Of a stretch of 64,000 bases of DNA, positions 1-14,050 are shown piece after piece. Position 1 is the stretch's first letter. Each line of letters begins with the position of its first letter. Below the pieces are notes generated by a model that was not told where the DNA came from, made no database searches, and was given only the letters and a program-made list of their open reading frames with translations. Both the position numbers and the translations under genes were made by a program. Source of the DNA: Podarcis erhardii (taxonomy: Eukaryota); assembly GCA_964252035.1 (NCBI GenBank), contig OZ176200.1, one strand, 5' to 3'.

Positions 1-339
1 GGCCCTGTGCAATGCCAAAATTCGGCACCTCTCCGCCTCTTGTGCTCCACTGTAGATCAAAGTTATGACTCTCCTAGTGGCGGCACCCCGGGGCTCCGCG
101 CCTGGTGCTACTGAACTGGTCACACTCTCCTAAAGCAGCCTCTGCTATGTGCTTGCATCTGCATCTCCACTGACACATTCAGCCTGTGTGGTTACACTCT
201 CAATCAAATACAAAGGCTTCCTGACAGAGACAATTTGGTACCTTGATTTTTATCAACCTCAAAGAGAGCACTACAGATCTATTATTGGGCTGTTCCCATG
301 GCATTGTGTACAGCTTCAAAAGACATTGTACCCACATTT

Positions 340-360
340 TGTGTGTGTGTGTGTGTGTGT
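340..360. repeat. (TG)n microsatellite
   Basis: Direct reading. Confidence 0.9.
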
Positions 361-2304
361 AAACATTGAGCTTTGCATTTGCTTCACCTGGGTGTTCCAG
401 ACTAACCATAAAACACTTGTGGCTTGCAAACTTTCTGGGACCAGGAATCCACAGACTTTAGAAGCAGCTCATCATACAGCCAAATTCTGTGGCAAGTGTC
501 CTTTCTGACAAAGCATGAAAAGCAGTAGCCTACTAGAAGCATGTGAGGAACAGAAACCATTGAACATGAGCCTCTTTCACCCAACCTTGCCCCATGTGGA
601 AAACATGTTTACTCTAGGGTACGGTAAGTGTTCTATGTGGTTTAGTCAGTGCTATTTTTCTAGAAAAATGGTGCCCACCTGAGTTCTGGCTGAAAAAGAA
701 GCCCATCATAAATGTATTTTGCTTTGCAACTCTGTCACTCTATGGTGGGGGGGGTGGATCTGAAACCATGTTTCTGTGGTGGAGCTATGGCATTCTGAAA
801 TGGTTCATGAGGTGGACATCTGGTAATAATACAAATGATTAGTGAGCCATTGTTGCTTTCCTAACCCACTTGATCTCCCAGTGCTCTTCCAAAGCCATTA
901 GTCCATGGAAATGCCAGGGCCACTTAATACGAATGCAGACCTAGCCTGAAAACTTAATTGAAATATCCATGGGAGCCCTAATAGCCGTCGTCGGTAGTCT
1001 CTGTCCCATGCTGCTTCTGCCTGAGATGCATGTGGGGAGAGGCTCCGTTTACTGCTGCAGTTCTGTGTAGATTGCTAGGCAACACAGTGCTATCAATTCT
1101 TTCTAACTGTGAAAGGGCAGCACACACTTGAAGAGAGTCACAGCAGAACAGGAAAAACTAAGTAAATAGTAACCCAGATAAACGTGAGCGGGCTAAAGAG
1201 AGAGCTGAAACCAGAGCTCTGTGTGTTCCATGATTCCAGGCAAGGGCAGGAAAAGCATGGGGTATATTGTTGGACATACAATCCAGCTTCCTCCCTATGA
1301 ATCCCAGCTTGCTCGCTCACTTGCTTGTATTAAAAAAGCAGCAAGTTTCTAGCTTTTAAGACCACGAAGGGAAGTTTCAAAAATATGTTGCCAATGCAAG
1401 ATTGCTAGTAGCCTCGTTGCGAAACCTCAATACATTGAGCACTGGAAATAAAAAATGTATATAGGTCATAGAATCCAGCTTTTTATGCCATGGAAAATTG
1501 GTTATATTAGTGCTGGATATAGCACTGTATTAAATACTGCAGACAATACTTATTTCTTTAAAACATGTATTGCATCCTCCAGTTTGAAAAACTCTTGAGT
1601 GGTACACATTTTATCTATTTAATGGGCTCAGATTCCACTTTCTGTTGCAAGAGGCCTCAAAGCGGTTTACATCAATCAGTCAATCTGCTCAATCACAGAG
1701 CACAATTAAGACAAACAGTAAAGCATCGGCAACATCGATATCAACAGGAAAGCCTCAAAAATCAGTAATGTAAAGCAAGATAGGCAAAAGCTAGATCTGA
1801 ATATTCAAGAAAGCTTTGTCGATGCCTCAACTGATAGTTTGCAATGTGCCATTGATGCAATAATAGTGGTGGGTTTATACAGGATCATTCACACATCATG
1901 CTGATTTATTAGTTGTTCTGCGATACTTCCCCAGTGTTATCACATTATTGCCATCAGAGTGGGAGGCACTCTTGTGCTAGAGCACAACAAATGGGGGACA
2001 AAAAATAAACAAACACTTGTGACATAAAATGTTAACTGATCTCAGCAGGAAACTCTGGGGCATGTAGCTACTGGAAACAAAGCAGTGTCTGAACCCCAAA
2101 ACTGTTGCCAACCCAAACAGTATTTTGAAAGCAGGATCAGGTATAAGCTCCCTAATACCATAATGAGCATTGGTGAGAATTGCTGCTAAAAACTTGTCCA
2201 AAAGTAAGGATTGGTTCCAAAATACTTTGGGTCCAGAATAAACTTCATTTCAAGAATCTGGATTTCTCTTCTTCCTCCTCCTTTTGACTGTTGCTGCTAA
2301 TATT

Positions 2305-2452
2305 ATTAATAATATTAATATTTTTTGTACCCCGCCCATCTGACTGGGTTGCCCCAGCCACTCACTCTGGGCAGCTTCCAGCACATATAAAACCAAAATA
2401 AAACCTTAAACCTTAAAAAGCTTCTGTATACAGGGCTGCATTCGGACAAGTG
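2305..2452 (-). mobile_element. L2 LINE 3' end relic
   Basis: cccgcccatctgactgggttgccccagccactc.gggcagcttcca motif, shared with 6626-6790. Confidence 0.6.
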
Positions 2453-3531
2453 TACCCACCAAAAGTCTAAAACCTTCTTTTTCCCCACATATGGACTAGA
2501 ATTACTATTATTGCATTGGACTCCTTGAGGAGTGTTGCATTTACAACTGGGAGGGGGTCTGAGTTAGAGGTTCAGTCATAATCCCACAGATGGTAGCTTC
2601 ACTCAGTGTCTCCTCAGCCAAGTACATATACCAAATGTCTGACAACCTTCATAAAACAGAAATACTGATTTATAAAACAATCCTCACTTCTAAAACACTG
2701 AAGGGATATAAAAAACCACATTGAAAAAATGACACTTTGAGACATGTTGGTGACACCCTTTTCAGACATGAATCATTTTGCGACACAGTAATTGTTTTTC
2801 TAGCAAACCAGAGGTTAAACTAACCCCTTTCCAGCCCCAAGAGGAGCGCAGGGAACATTCACGTGACACACCTACGCACTGCAGCTGACATACTAATGTG
2901 TCGCGACACAGTTTGGCAAGATCTGTCTTAAGGTATAAGCATGTGAGAGACACCTGCAAACACCAAAAGCAAATTTGTCAACTCTATGCATTTGTAGAAT
3001 ATCTGAGGGCCTAACTCACGGGTGAGGAACCTCAGGCCTTGGGCCAAACAAGTCCCTTGATGCCTCTCTATATGGCCCCCAGGCCTCTCCTCAGGCCACA
3101 CAACCTCCAGAGCCAGACTCCTCACTTCTTTGCTTTACTGTCTCCTCTAATTTTGCCTAGCTTCTTCTTTGCCAGGATGGAAGCTAGAGGGATATGTGCA
3201 TGCAGAAACTAGCCTGTTGTGTAAAGGTATCTCCATAGGGATGCCTTCAGCTATGTTGTTGCATGCACAGAACAAAGTCCGCTCATGTATGGTGACTTTT
3301 CCTCCTGTCCTTACCCTGTGTTTCCCTCTGTGCCTTCTAAATCTTCTCTGAAGGGTTGGGAATAGCAGGGCAAAAAGGGTTAAATTGCCCCTTCCCTTCT
3401 GCTGCAATCTCATTCACTGTGCCTTTGTAGTCGCTGTTATTTGCATTTTTAAAGAACCTGCACATCACTTGCCTTAACGCAATTAATGCAGCACTACCCA
3501 GACTGATGCCTTCTAGAATTACCAGACTTTA

Positions 3532-4602
3532 GAGACTGGTTACATTACGCTCAGATTAAAGAAGTTTTTAAAAATGACAAAAAGTTAGGGTTCCAGGTGG
3601 AGAAATCAAAATTAGAAACAGAATTGTTAGAACCAAAGACTAAGGTACTATCTAGAATGTATAACTTGCTGTTAAAATGGAATACACAAGACGAAATGGT
3701 TAAATCGGCTATGATAAAGTGGGCACAGGACATTGGGCACAACATCATGTTTGAGGACTGGGAAAGGCTATGGACCACTGGGTTGAACTTCACCGCATGT
3801 AATGCTCTGAAGGAAAATGTAATGAAAATGATATATAGATGGTACATGACCCCAGTTAAACTTGCCAAAATATACCATTCGTCTGATAATAAATGTTGGA
3901 AATGTAAAGAAAATGAAGGAACATTCTTTCACCTCTGGTGGACATGCCCTAAGGTGAAGGCCTTCTGGGAAATGATATATAATGAACTGAAAAAGGTATT
4001 TAAGTATACCTTCACTAAGAAACCAGAGGCCTTCCTCCTGGGTATTGTCGGCCAGAAGGTGCTAAAGAAGGATCGAACATTTTTTATGTATGCAACAACG
4101 GCAGCAAGGATACTCATCGCTAAGAACTGGAAAACGCAAGATCTACCCACACTGGAAGAGTGGCAGATGCAGCTGATGGACTATATGCAACTGGCCGAGA
4201 TGACTGGCAGAATCCAAGACCTGGGAGAAGAGAGGATTGAAGAAGATTGGAAGAAATTTAAGATGTATTTACAAAAACATTGTAACTTGGTTGAATGTTA
4301 AGAAGGATGCTAGATTATAAAAAATTGGCCATCACTAAACTAGATTTGAACTCGATAAGTGAGATTAAAGAAAACATAAATTTTTTGGAGAATTGCTAGA
4401 TTATATTTAAATGAGTGGATATAAGACCGTAAACAAGTTGATAATTTGCTTGGAAAAACCTTTTAACGATGTAAATGGGAGCGGGAGACGTGAGGGAGTC
4501 CAAAGAATTGATGAAACTACGTTGTGTTGGAAGTAAGATTGTTTATTATTTGTGTATTTGTATTCAAAAACTTTAATAAATATTTATATATATATAAAAA
4601 AA
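3532..4602 (+). mobile_element. 5'-truncated L1-clade LINE (ORF2 C-terminus, 3'UTR and tail)
   Basis: Frame open from 3534 to stop at 4301 with zf-RVT-type motif CWKC-x8-H-x4-C (KCWKCKENEGTFFHLWWTC). AATAAA at 4575 and A-rich tail. Perfect 18-bp TSD tagaattaccagacttta at 3514-3531 and 4603-4620. Confidence 0.92.
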
Positions 4603-4736
4603 TAGAATTACCAGACTTTAAGCACCACCATCTTTGGTTACTGGTGATGCTGGCTAGGTCTGATGGAGTTACAGTACAAAGCTGGAGGGCATCATGGTGG
4701 CTAACCCCCAATTAAACTCAACTAGTTTAGCCTTAG

Positions 4737-5090
4737 GACGCAGGTGGTGCTGTGGGTTATACCACAGAGCCTAGGACTTGCTGATCAGAAGGTCGAGGTT
4801 CGAATCCCCGCGATGGGGTGAGTGCCCGTTGCTCGGTCCCTGCTCCTGCCAACCTAGCAGTTCAAAAGCACATCAAAGTGCAAGTAGATAAATAGGTACC
4901 ACTCCGGCGGGAAGGTAAACGGCGTTTCCGTGCGCTGCTCTGGTTCGCCAGAAGCGGCTTAGTCATGCTGGCCACATGACCTGGAAGCTGTACGCCGGCT
5001 CCCTCGGCCAATAAAGCGAGATGAGCGCCGCAACCCCACAGTCAGCCACGACTGGACCTAATGGTCAGGGGTCCCTTTACCTTTACCTTT
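4737..5090 (+). mobile_element. Sauria SINE, full length
   Basis: tRNA-like head with ggttcgaatcc B-box, characteristic body and (ACCTTT)n tail. 14-bp TSD tagtttagccttag (4723-4736, 5091-5104). Confidence 0.92.
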
Positions 5091-6390
5091 TAGTTTAGCC
5101 TTAGCAGGTTATCATATATACTCTGAGTACAGAGATAAGAGGGGGGGATGCTGAACTGAGTCCAAATTCAAGGTTCCCTTCTGAGATTTGGAATTGCCAA
5201 TGGCCTTCATACGTTTGGTAGGCTTTGAGACACACGTTAAGTTTAAGGAAGCATCTTCTTTTCTTTGCCCTCCCCCCGCCTTCCCCACACACATACAAAA
5301 TCTTTCGGATGCAGAAAATGCTCACAAGCTTCTTTTGGCCAAAATTCCTGCCTGCCGTGATCAAGGGGTACGAGTGAATAATAAGCAAGACTGTGTTTGT
5401 TCTTTCCTCCCCTTTAAACGCAGGCACCGAAAAGCCTGCAATACGTAACAAACAACAAACATAATCAATGTTCTCATAGCAACGCAAGCAGTAGTCATTG
5501 TGTCCATGTGTCACTCATCTCAGCATGTGCTTGTGGGAATAAAGTGCACTTTCTTCTTGGATCAGTGTGTTCCACAGGACTCGTTGCTCCATTTCTTTTT
5601 CCTGTCCCCTTGATCAAATCTGTGAGTTTAGTTGCCACCATACAAACACCAGAGCTTGCCTTTCTGCAGGTGAGCTTAGGATGCTGGGACACACATAATG
5701 GGAGAAGTCTGTTGGTTTCAAGATCTTCTTGTAGCTTCTTGGAGACTGGCCATTGGTTGACCACAGCTGGAAATGTGCTGCTGGACTAGGCAAATCCTCA
5801 GTCTCAGCCTGCAAAGCTTTTCTTATAGTTGTGTATCCAGCAAATCTCCCTTCTCTACATCCACTATATGTAATTATGGTACAAGAATTTGAGAGGTCCT
5901 TTTGTTTCAACAGGCTCCCTTTATCAAGGGAGAACAGATAGGTTTGCAGGATCTACTTTGCTTTTTTTTTTACATTGTTGTTGTTTTTGCAATTAATTTA
6001 TAATTGCCTTCTATGCCACCGCCTCAAGGCGATTCACACATAAAATAATTTTAAAAAGTTAAACACAAAAGAAACAAAACTAAAATCCTAACAAATGTAC
6101 ATCCTAACAAGGCCCATTTACCTAGCTGTGAAGGCCTTCTAGAACCCAGAGATCTATCTGAAATCAGCTGCTAAAGTCATAACTTAGAATGACTTTAGCA
6201 GACTTTAAAATTCTGAGCCCTTAAGTAATTTGTTTTGAGTTCAGTACCAGAGCTGGTGTTGGCATTTTTGAACAATCAAGAGTCAAAAATCCTTGCCAAT
6301 CTACTTCATTTCACCCAGAGTTCTACTAGTAGGTCCCAGCCTACTTCCTGCCCATCCCTGCTCTGTTGATTATGTAATTGTGTGTTTCTT

Positions 6391-6515
6391 AAACTGGGGT
6401 CTCCAGCTATGTTTGGACTACAGTTCCCATGATCTCTAGCTAGCAGGACCAGTGGTCAGGGATGATGGGAGTTGTAGTCCCAAAGCATCTGGCAGGCCAG
6501 GTTTGCCTATGCCTG
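6391..6515. mobile_element. Palindromic hAT MITE, left end degraded
   Basis: Same ccagct..ggactaca.ttcccat/gatgggagttgtagtccca hairpin body as 36553-36688. Confidence 0.7.
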
Positions 6516-6625
6516 CTCTAGAAAGTCACCCTGCTTCCCCACCCCACCCCCCGCCCAGAAACTGAAGTGGCAATTCCAACTCTCCATATTGTAGCCTGTT
6601 GCCAGACCATTCATGTTCATGAACT

Positions 6626-6790
6626 TGTTGTTGTTGTTGTTACTTCTCTCATCTGACTGGGTTGCCCCAGCCCACAAATATAAAACCATAATGAAACATC
6701 AAACATTCAAAACTTCCTTATACAGGGCTGCCTTCAGGTATCTTCTAAAAGTTGTATAGTTAATTATCTCCTTGACATCTGATGGGAGGC
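6626..6790 (-). mobile_element. L2 LINE 3' end relic
   Basis: catctgactgggttgccccagcc...tacagggctgccttcag, homologous to 2305-2452. Confidence 0.6.
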
Positions 6791-7582
6791 TATTGGTTTT
6801 GACAGAAGAAACATATTGATAAGCAAGATGTCTATTAATTTCTTTTAAATTGTCTCTTGGCAATATATATGCATCACTATCATCAATGATAATGGGAGCA
6901 CACATTCACTTTGAGGAGTTGTGTGTATGTAGCATTTCAAAGTAGGCTTTGTAGCAAGAACAGGGAACACATCAGAGAGTCTGTGCACCATGTTTTAATA
7001 TTCATGGGACATTTGGAACAGAATTCTATTATATGCCTGCGACCGAAGGGGCTGGGAGAAAATGACATATATTTGCCTCTCGCTCACTCTCTCTCAATTT
7101 GGACAGCAGTCATCACAGAAAGAATCGTATTTTGCTCTCACCATTTCCTGCATTTAGACTTTATTACCGTTTTTCTGTTTTCTAGGAAGTCATTCAGGAG
7201 CTCTGCCAAGTGCAAACTGGGGAAAGTTCATTTTCGAAGCTAGCTTGTGCTGTTCTGTATACTGCCCTCTACCCATAGATCTAGGGGTGCTGATTTGGTC
7301 CCCAACTTGGTCCCCAAGTTATGGGTGCCCAGCACACCCAACGTAACGCCATAACATCACTCACCCCGCAGCCTCAGAACCTGTTTTCTGGTGCCACCGG
7401 AAGTCAGGTTCCAAGGTCCTGCTAGGCCTCAGACAGCATCTTTTAGGTCTCACGAGGCCTCAGGCATGACTTCCAGTGCTTTGCGAGGCACCGGAAGTTG
7501 TGTTGGGGGCCCTGTGGTGTGGATGCTAAGTATCCACAACAAATATTTTGTGGATACTCGGCCCCCAAGGCCCCCTAGAGAT

Positions 7583-7990
7583 GGTGCCCCTGCTCAGGGC
7601 AGTTCACAACATAAAATTACAATGTAAAATACAAAATACATAATGAAATTAAGAACAGAAACAAACCAATAACACCCCTTTCCACAGCACATTTAAAAGG
7701 GCATTGGGTGTCAGTCAACCAAAGGCCTAGTTGAAGAGGAATGCTTTCACCTGGCGCCTAAAGGTGTACAATATAGGTGTCAGCTGAACCTCCCTGGAGA
7801 GAGCACTCCACAAAGGGGAAGCATTGCAGAAATGCTCATTCTCATTTTGACACCCTCTAGACCTCTTATAGAGGAGACACACAAAGAAGGGCCTCAGAAT
7901 ATGATCTCAGAGTCCAGGGACAGTCCTTGAGGTATCTAATTTTCTTGAATATCTGCTGTGCCTCTTAATCATGCCTTGCTTATATACCTT
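7583..7990 (-). mobile_element. L2 LINE 3' fragment (degraded)
   Basis: ccaaaggcctagttgaagaggaatg..ttcacctggcgcctaaag...ctccctggagagagcactccac...tgcagaaa, homologous to 28790-29080. Confidence 0.55.
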
Positions 7991-10571
7991 TCTGACGTAA
8001 GCATTAAAGTCTTGGGCAGAAAGCAAGCTGGAGTTTGTTCTTATCTGGCAGTGAGAGCCAGGACAGTAAAGATCTTTTACGTATGTCATGACCCAAGAAT
8101 GGAATGAACGTGTTGTTAATAACAGAGCTCAGGAGTCACTGAATTTTCACTTCCTGATATTAGTTACACTAATTCTATGCACCAGTGAATGATATTCTGC
8201 TGGTACTGATTTCTTTTCTCCTTCAGCTTGTTACCTTTTATTTCTTTATATATTTTTTACCTCAGTAAAATGAGATGCCATATACCAGGCTTTCAAAAAA
8301 TTAATAAGGACTTTAATAATATGAGCTGATGACCTAATAGCCAAATGTGTTTCTGTCCAATTGCCCACTCCATTTACCGCTGATCCACAAATGAATAGCA
8401 TGAAATGGACGCTTTTCAAAAGCTGTGAAAAAGAAAGTCATTCTTTTTGCACAGGAGATATTTTTCTTTTTACGAAGCATTTCGCACTGGCTGCTATTGC
8501 TTCTGCTACTCACACACACAAAATGCAATTGTTTTGTGTGTAAAGCTGCCAGTTTGGGGCTTTATCAAATTGCTAGGCTGGGAATGAATTTTTCATGAAA
8601 GTCCTAGAGCTGTGTGGACATTTCAGGCTACAGAGCTGGGCAGACATTCAATATTTAAAATGAAAGCAGAGTTCAGGGATAACAGACACAGTTTCTTCTT
8701 GTATGCTGCCTTATTAAAAAATGAGGGAAAGAGGGGGCAGTAAGGGGGAAAATATGAAAGATGAGTCAAGGAACAAAAATGTTTGGCTTTCAATATTTGG
8801 TTCCAAAGTATTATACCAGAGGAGAACTCAGTTACTAATTTAACTAATAAGGATAACCACAACACCTTGGGGAAGTCAAAATAAGTGTGCCTCTTCCAAT
8901 TATTTCTTGACTGGATGACATTCATACAGCCTACAGGAGACAAACATTGTTCACGGCTAGCGAAGGAACTAAAGGAGAGCAAAGATTGTAGAGAAATTGG
9001 TTTCCGCACAAATAATTGAATATTGATAGTCACTGAAGATCACTGTGTGCAACATATATAGATGGGGGATATATTTGTGTTAGCATCTTAACTGTGTGCT
9101 AAATTAGTCTTAATTTTTCCTATTCCAGAAAGCCTTCTGCAATTTGCCATTTTGTTTACCTTGTCTTATAACTCAGATGCCATTAATCTGTTGTGCTGAG
9201 TAATCGGCTTCATTACAATGTAAGCAAGAGCCTTAAAATTGTGTGGAAGTTACACTGATTAATCAAAACATAGGAATTTGCTTCCCCATGCTGAGCATAA
9301 GCATCAGACAAAATTGTTTAATGACGCTAATGCAGAATTCATAATTCAAATACTGATTAAATAGCTGCTTTCATTCATTCTTCAAGTGCAATTTAGTATA
9401 TTAATAATACGTTCTTCCAAATGTATCCCCAGAAATGAGATGAAGATTGATATCATTTCATATATATGGTTTCCCAAAGCATCTCACAAACAATAGCATC
9501 AGGTTTAATCTGCAAACTCACTGAAAGCCAGCAGCCCTGGGATTCTATGGAATGAAGGATGGTTGAACAGATCAGCAAATAAAGACTGAGAGGGAAGGGT
9601 TAACTGGGTCCACTGAGGGAGAAAGTTCCAGAACTTAGGTGTCAAGACTGAGAAGGCCCTATTCTGCCCACCACTTCAGATCAATCCTTCAATAAACAAA
9701 TAACTGATAATTAGCTGGTAAAGGAATGCATTGGTAAGAAATAAATTAACAGATCAAACAATCAAACAAACAAACAAACCTAACAGGGAAAGAGCTGAGT
9801 CTGAAGTTCCCTGGCCCACACATGGTGTCAGGACACTGAGTAGTCTTTAAGGCTACAGTCTTGTATTTACCTGAAACTAAAGTCCATTGAACTCAGCCCA
9901 GCTGGTTTCTAAGCACATCTGTGTAGGATTATGCTGTTAAAAGCTGTGATTCTGAGCCTCTTTGAAAACCTGTTTAGAACTGCAGCAGTTCCATTTCTCT
10001 CTAAGTATGAAATAATTGCTGAAGCATAAGGACTGACACATTGTACCATGCAATTTTGAGTTACATCACCTCACGTTGTGCCTCCAGATGCACTGGGTGT
10101 TACTTTCAGAATACTGTTCTAGTCACTTTCCCTGCTCCCACCAGCCACCTTCTTCATAGGCTCTGGCACAATATTTCTGAATGCCCCCATCCACCTGTTA
10201 TTTCTTTCCCCTTTTCTCTATTTCTTTTTATTTATTTAAACCATGGAAAAATATTTATTTAAAACATTTCTATACCCCATTTATACCTGCTTTCTATACC
10301 TTCAGTAACAACGTATTATCACATATACCACATTAATAACAGCAAAATATTCCATTGGTAATGCTGAAGAATGGCATCGGCCTGGAATCACAAACTGGGC
10401 TTTGGCAAAACTTAATAGACTGATCTGTCCTGGGGAGGGAGGGGTTAAGTTGGGATGGAGGGGGGGGGAGTCTTTGTAATTGTGCTTATACACTGAAAAT
10501 CATTCTACCGTAGTAGCGGTGTTCATATTTAGTGCATAACAATCAAATCATATATAGATATAGACATATAT

Positions 10572-10827
10572 TAGGGCTGGAATTTCCAAGATGTAGTCAA
10601 GAGTCTTCCTTTGTATAAATGGTGTCCAAGTGGCATTTTAAAAAATTGACTTAAATGTCTGGGAAAACCCAGCCAAATTTCCCCCCCAAAAATACATATT
10701 AAAAAATACCTCCATTTCTTTTCTTTTTCTGAGATTTGGGGGGGGGGGGCTCAACTCACACACCCCCAGCAAAAAAATCAACAACTTTTGTGTCTGGATT
10801 TTCACCTTTTGAAATATGACAGCCCTA
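10572..10827. mobile_element. hAT-type non-autonomous element
   Basis: TIR tagggctg/cagcccta; TSD acatatat/acatatgt (7/8). Confidence 0.75.
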
Positions 10828-11747
10828 ACATATGTGCTAAATTAAAGTATTTAGAACTGCAAGCCCATTTTCCGACGTAGAAAAATCAGTGACTAGTTCA
10901 GCCACAGTCTAAAAAGCTGCCCTGAAGAGTGAGTGTCATCTAGATGCATTTTTTCTGGTGAGAGAATCCCAAAGAGGTGATATAGAATGAAGGCTCAATA
11001 TAAGAACGCAAGATCAGGCCAGGGGCCCATCTAATTCAGCATGCTGTTAGCTTCATTGAAGTTTGATTGTTGCGAGACAGGGAGAAAAACTTTTCTCTAT
11101 ACACTTTTCCTATATCATCATGCATAATGGTATTCCCTTACTCACCGTTTCTCTAAACTACACTCCGTTGTAGTGTAAGCAGTACACGGTCCACTAAAAT
11201 AAATTTCACTGGACAACAGTGATCCCAGTAACCAAGTGTATCTGATAAGGAGCATATGGGTGTGTTTAAGGGTGCATACTTTGCATGGGAGAGATCTTGT
11301 CTCAGTGATATCTTTTTATGCCACTGGGCACCAGGTGGTTTTCTTACAGAAGCATTGTGACAGGCTCTTATTGAGGACAGCAGTCTTTGCTGGAACCTAG
11401 CCCTCAAGATGCTTGCAACGTGTCACTCAGGGTGCTCACCTGAGAAACAGAGTGCTCCCGAGGCTGATAAATTGCTAGAGGGGAGGAGGTTTTTCCAGCA
11501 GGAGAGAGAATGAGGAGCAGAACTTGACAGCATGGGTTTGGAAAGGAATCGGCACAAGATGGCAGGGTAAAAGATGAAGGTCTTGTCTCTGTTCTATCTA
11601 TTGCAGAAGGAGACACAGCAAAACTCCCAGGAATAGCCGCTGTATAGTTTAACCACATACCAAATAAAGGTAGACTGATTAAAAATATGGATGCCTTTGA
11701 TGTGCATCACTCATTTTGAGTAACTGCATATGTTACTGTATGTAACA

Positions 11748-12111
11748 TTGTTGTTTAAGTAGTTTAGTCGTGTCCGACTCTTCGTGACCCCATGGACCAG
11801 AGCATGCCAGGCAAACCTGTCTTCCACTGCCTCCCGCAGTTTGGTCAAACTCATGCTGGTAGCTTCGAGAACACTGTCCAACCATCTCATCCTCTGTTGT
11901 CACCTTCTCCTTGTGCCCTCCATCTTTCCCAACATCAGGGTCTTTTCCAGGGAGTCTTCTCTTCTCGTGAGGTAGCCAAAGTATTGGAGCCTCAGCTTCA
12001 GGATCTGTCCTTCCAGTGAGCACTCAGGGCTGATTTCCTTAAGAATGGATAGGTTTGATCTTCTTGCAGTCCATGGGACTCTCAAGAGTCTCCTCCAGCA
12101 CCATAATTCAA
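11748..12111 (-). mobile_element. Bov-B (RTE) LINE 3' fragment
   Basis: Minus-strand translation ELWCWRRLLRVPWTARRSNLSILKEISPECSLEGQILKLRLQYFG is the typical Bov-B ORF end; (CAA)n-type tail. Confidence 0.92.
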
Positions 12112-14050
12112 CATTAACATTAGTAACATTAGCATACAGTAAATGTCCAGATTGTAAACTGCAAATTCTCCTGTCACATAGAAGAAAGTGGCTTTTTAAA
12201 GGCAGAGAGTGGGGAAGCAGCTCCCCCATTAATCTGGGACAATCCCACTATGTAAATGGGATGATCATTGGCATATCTGCCCCTCTCCCCCTCGCCAAAA
12301 AAGTGCCTTGAGAAAGAGATAACAGCTTTTACATTTATTTTAGACGTGTCCAGATGAGCTGGAATAGTGTTTCAGTTTCTGGAACTGGCTATCAAGAAAC
12401 AGACTTTGGAGAACTAAGAGCTGTTTTCTCTGCTGGCTGATGCAGTCTTAAAAGCATTGCTGTGGTTTTGCTTTGTTCTCCTCCATCTATTGTTAGCGAT
12501 AGAACAACAATGGGCATAGCTGCCTAGCACCAAGTCAGAGCATGGGTCTATCTAGCCATGCGATGGGTGGGTGGGGCAAAATCAAAAAGTGGGTGGAGCA
12601 ATGGATAGTGACTCCTACCCTTGTAAGAGCTGGCTATATTCCAGCCATGCGAAAGTCATATCCCCACCCATTGTCACAGTCCAACTATGCAAAAAGCACT
12701 GTAGGAGGCTACAGAGCAGGGGAGAGGCGTGTCCTGGAGAGAGTCCTGGGGGTCAGATAAAGAGGGCTGGTGCATTCATCTCCTAGGTTTGAGTTTCCCC
12801 AGTTCTGGTCTACACTGGCTGGGCTTTCCCCAGCCCTACCTGGAGACCTTTCTCAAGGATGTGGGACACCTCCAAGCTTTCCTCACAAGGAAATTTGACC
12901 CGGTGAAGTTTCCCTCGGTGTTTCTACCACTTAGAGAAATGGGAAGCATGAAGCAAAACGTTGCTCTTTCTGCCAGGTAATCCTAGCATAAGATGATGAT
13001 GATGATTAAATCTCTCTCTTTTAGGGCCCTTGAATAAATAAAACAACTTCCATTAAATGAGAGAGCTAAAGGTAACCTCTACAAGGTGGCATGTGAAAGG
13101 AATGGTCTCCAGACCTTGCCTCTGCAGAGGCTTACTACACGACAAAATAATTGACTGTATTTTTAGCAGCCTATATTTTACAAAATAAGAACTGAACAGC
13201 GGGCCTTTGTCACAGCTTCAAGTTCACCGTAGAAGGAGGTAATGATTTAAAGCTTTGGGGGGAGAAAAATGTATAGAGGCTTAGAGACAACCTAGGGCAA
13301 ATCTCCTGGAACCTGAACGCAATATAATAAAAGGATTAATTGAAAAGGACAAATAAATATTTGTCTTTAGATTTAGGGGAGATACAGGCAGAAGCCTTGA
13401 ACACCCTTATTTCAGATTAATTCAGGAGAGTTTCCAGGGCTACAATGGACCTTTGCTTTGTGGGCTGTTCATCTCATTCTTTCCCTCTGCCGTTTTCTGC
13501 CTACATGCATCTGTTATATTTAGCATTTTCCACCTCGTTACTACCAAACAAATATGTTTGTTCTTTACTTCTGTCTAATTTTAAGAAAACAACATACTAA
13601 AGCATTTGTACAGTGCAGTCTTCTAGGAGGGGGTGTATGCAGAGAGAGGCAGGGGGTTATGAAGGCAGTTCTACCGCATTACTGAACGCCTTGCTAGTCT
13701 TGAGACCTAAGTGCAGGTGAGGGAAACACTCTGCATTCCTATATCCTTTTTTCAGCTTTAAATATTTTGAACCATTTCCCCTCTCATTGCTTCCAATGGG
13801 AGAGGAAGGGGAAGGGGAAATTTAGTGATGCTCAAGAGTGTAGCACCCTGGGATTTATTTATTTTTCAGGGTTTAGCAGGATCCAAACCACTTCTGAGCA
13901 TTGGGGTGCTCCTTTTTTTGGCTTGACAGATGTTGAAACTCTGAAGTCAATTGGGCTACGGAGTTGGAGGAGCCAAGAGTGAGGGAGGTTGTGAAATCAT
14001 ATCTCTGTCTCTTTTGGCCCCTGGGATGTCCTCCAGGGACCATTAGATTA

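Noticed and set aside
3597-4301. 234-aa ORF as a host gene
   Set aside because: It is the L1 ORF2 C-terminus inside TSDs, with no promoter or native start.
12605-12665. Hammerhead-like arrangement (tgact-c ... hairpin ... gaa-agtca)
   Set aside because: Stem III and the GAAA box fit, but there is no CUGANGA box and the hairpin does not abut GAA; the motif is incomplete.
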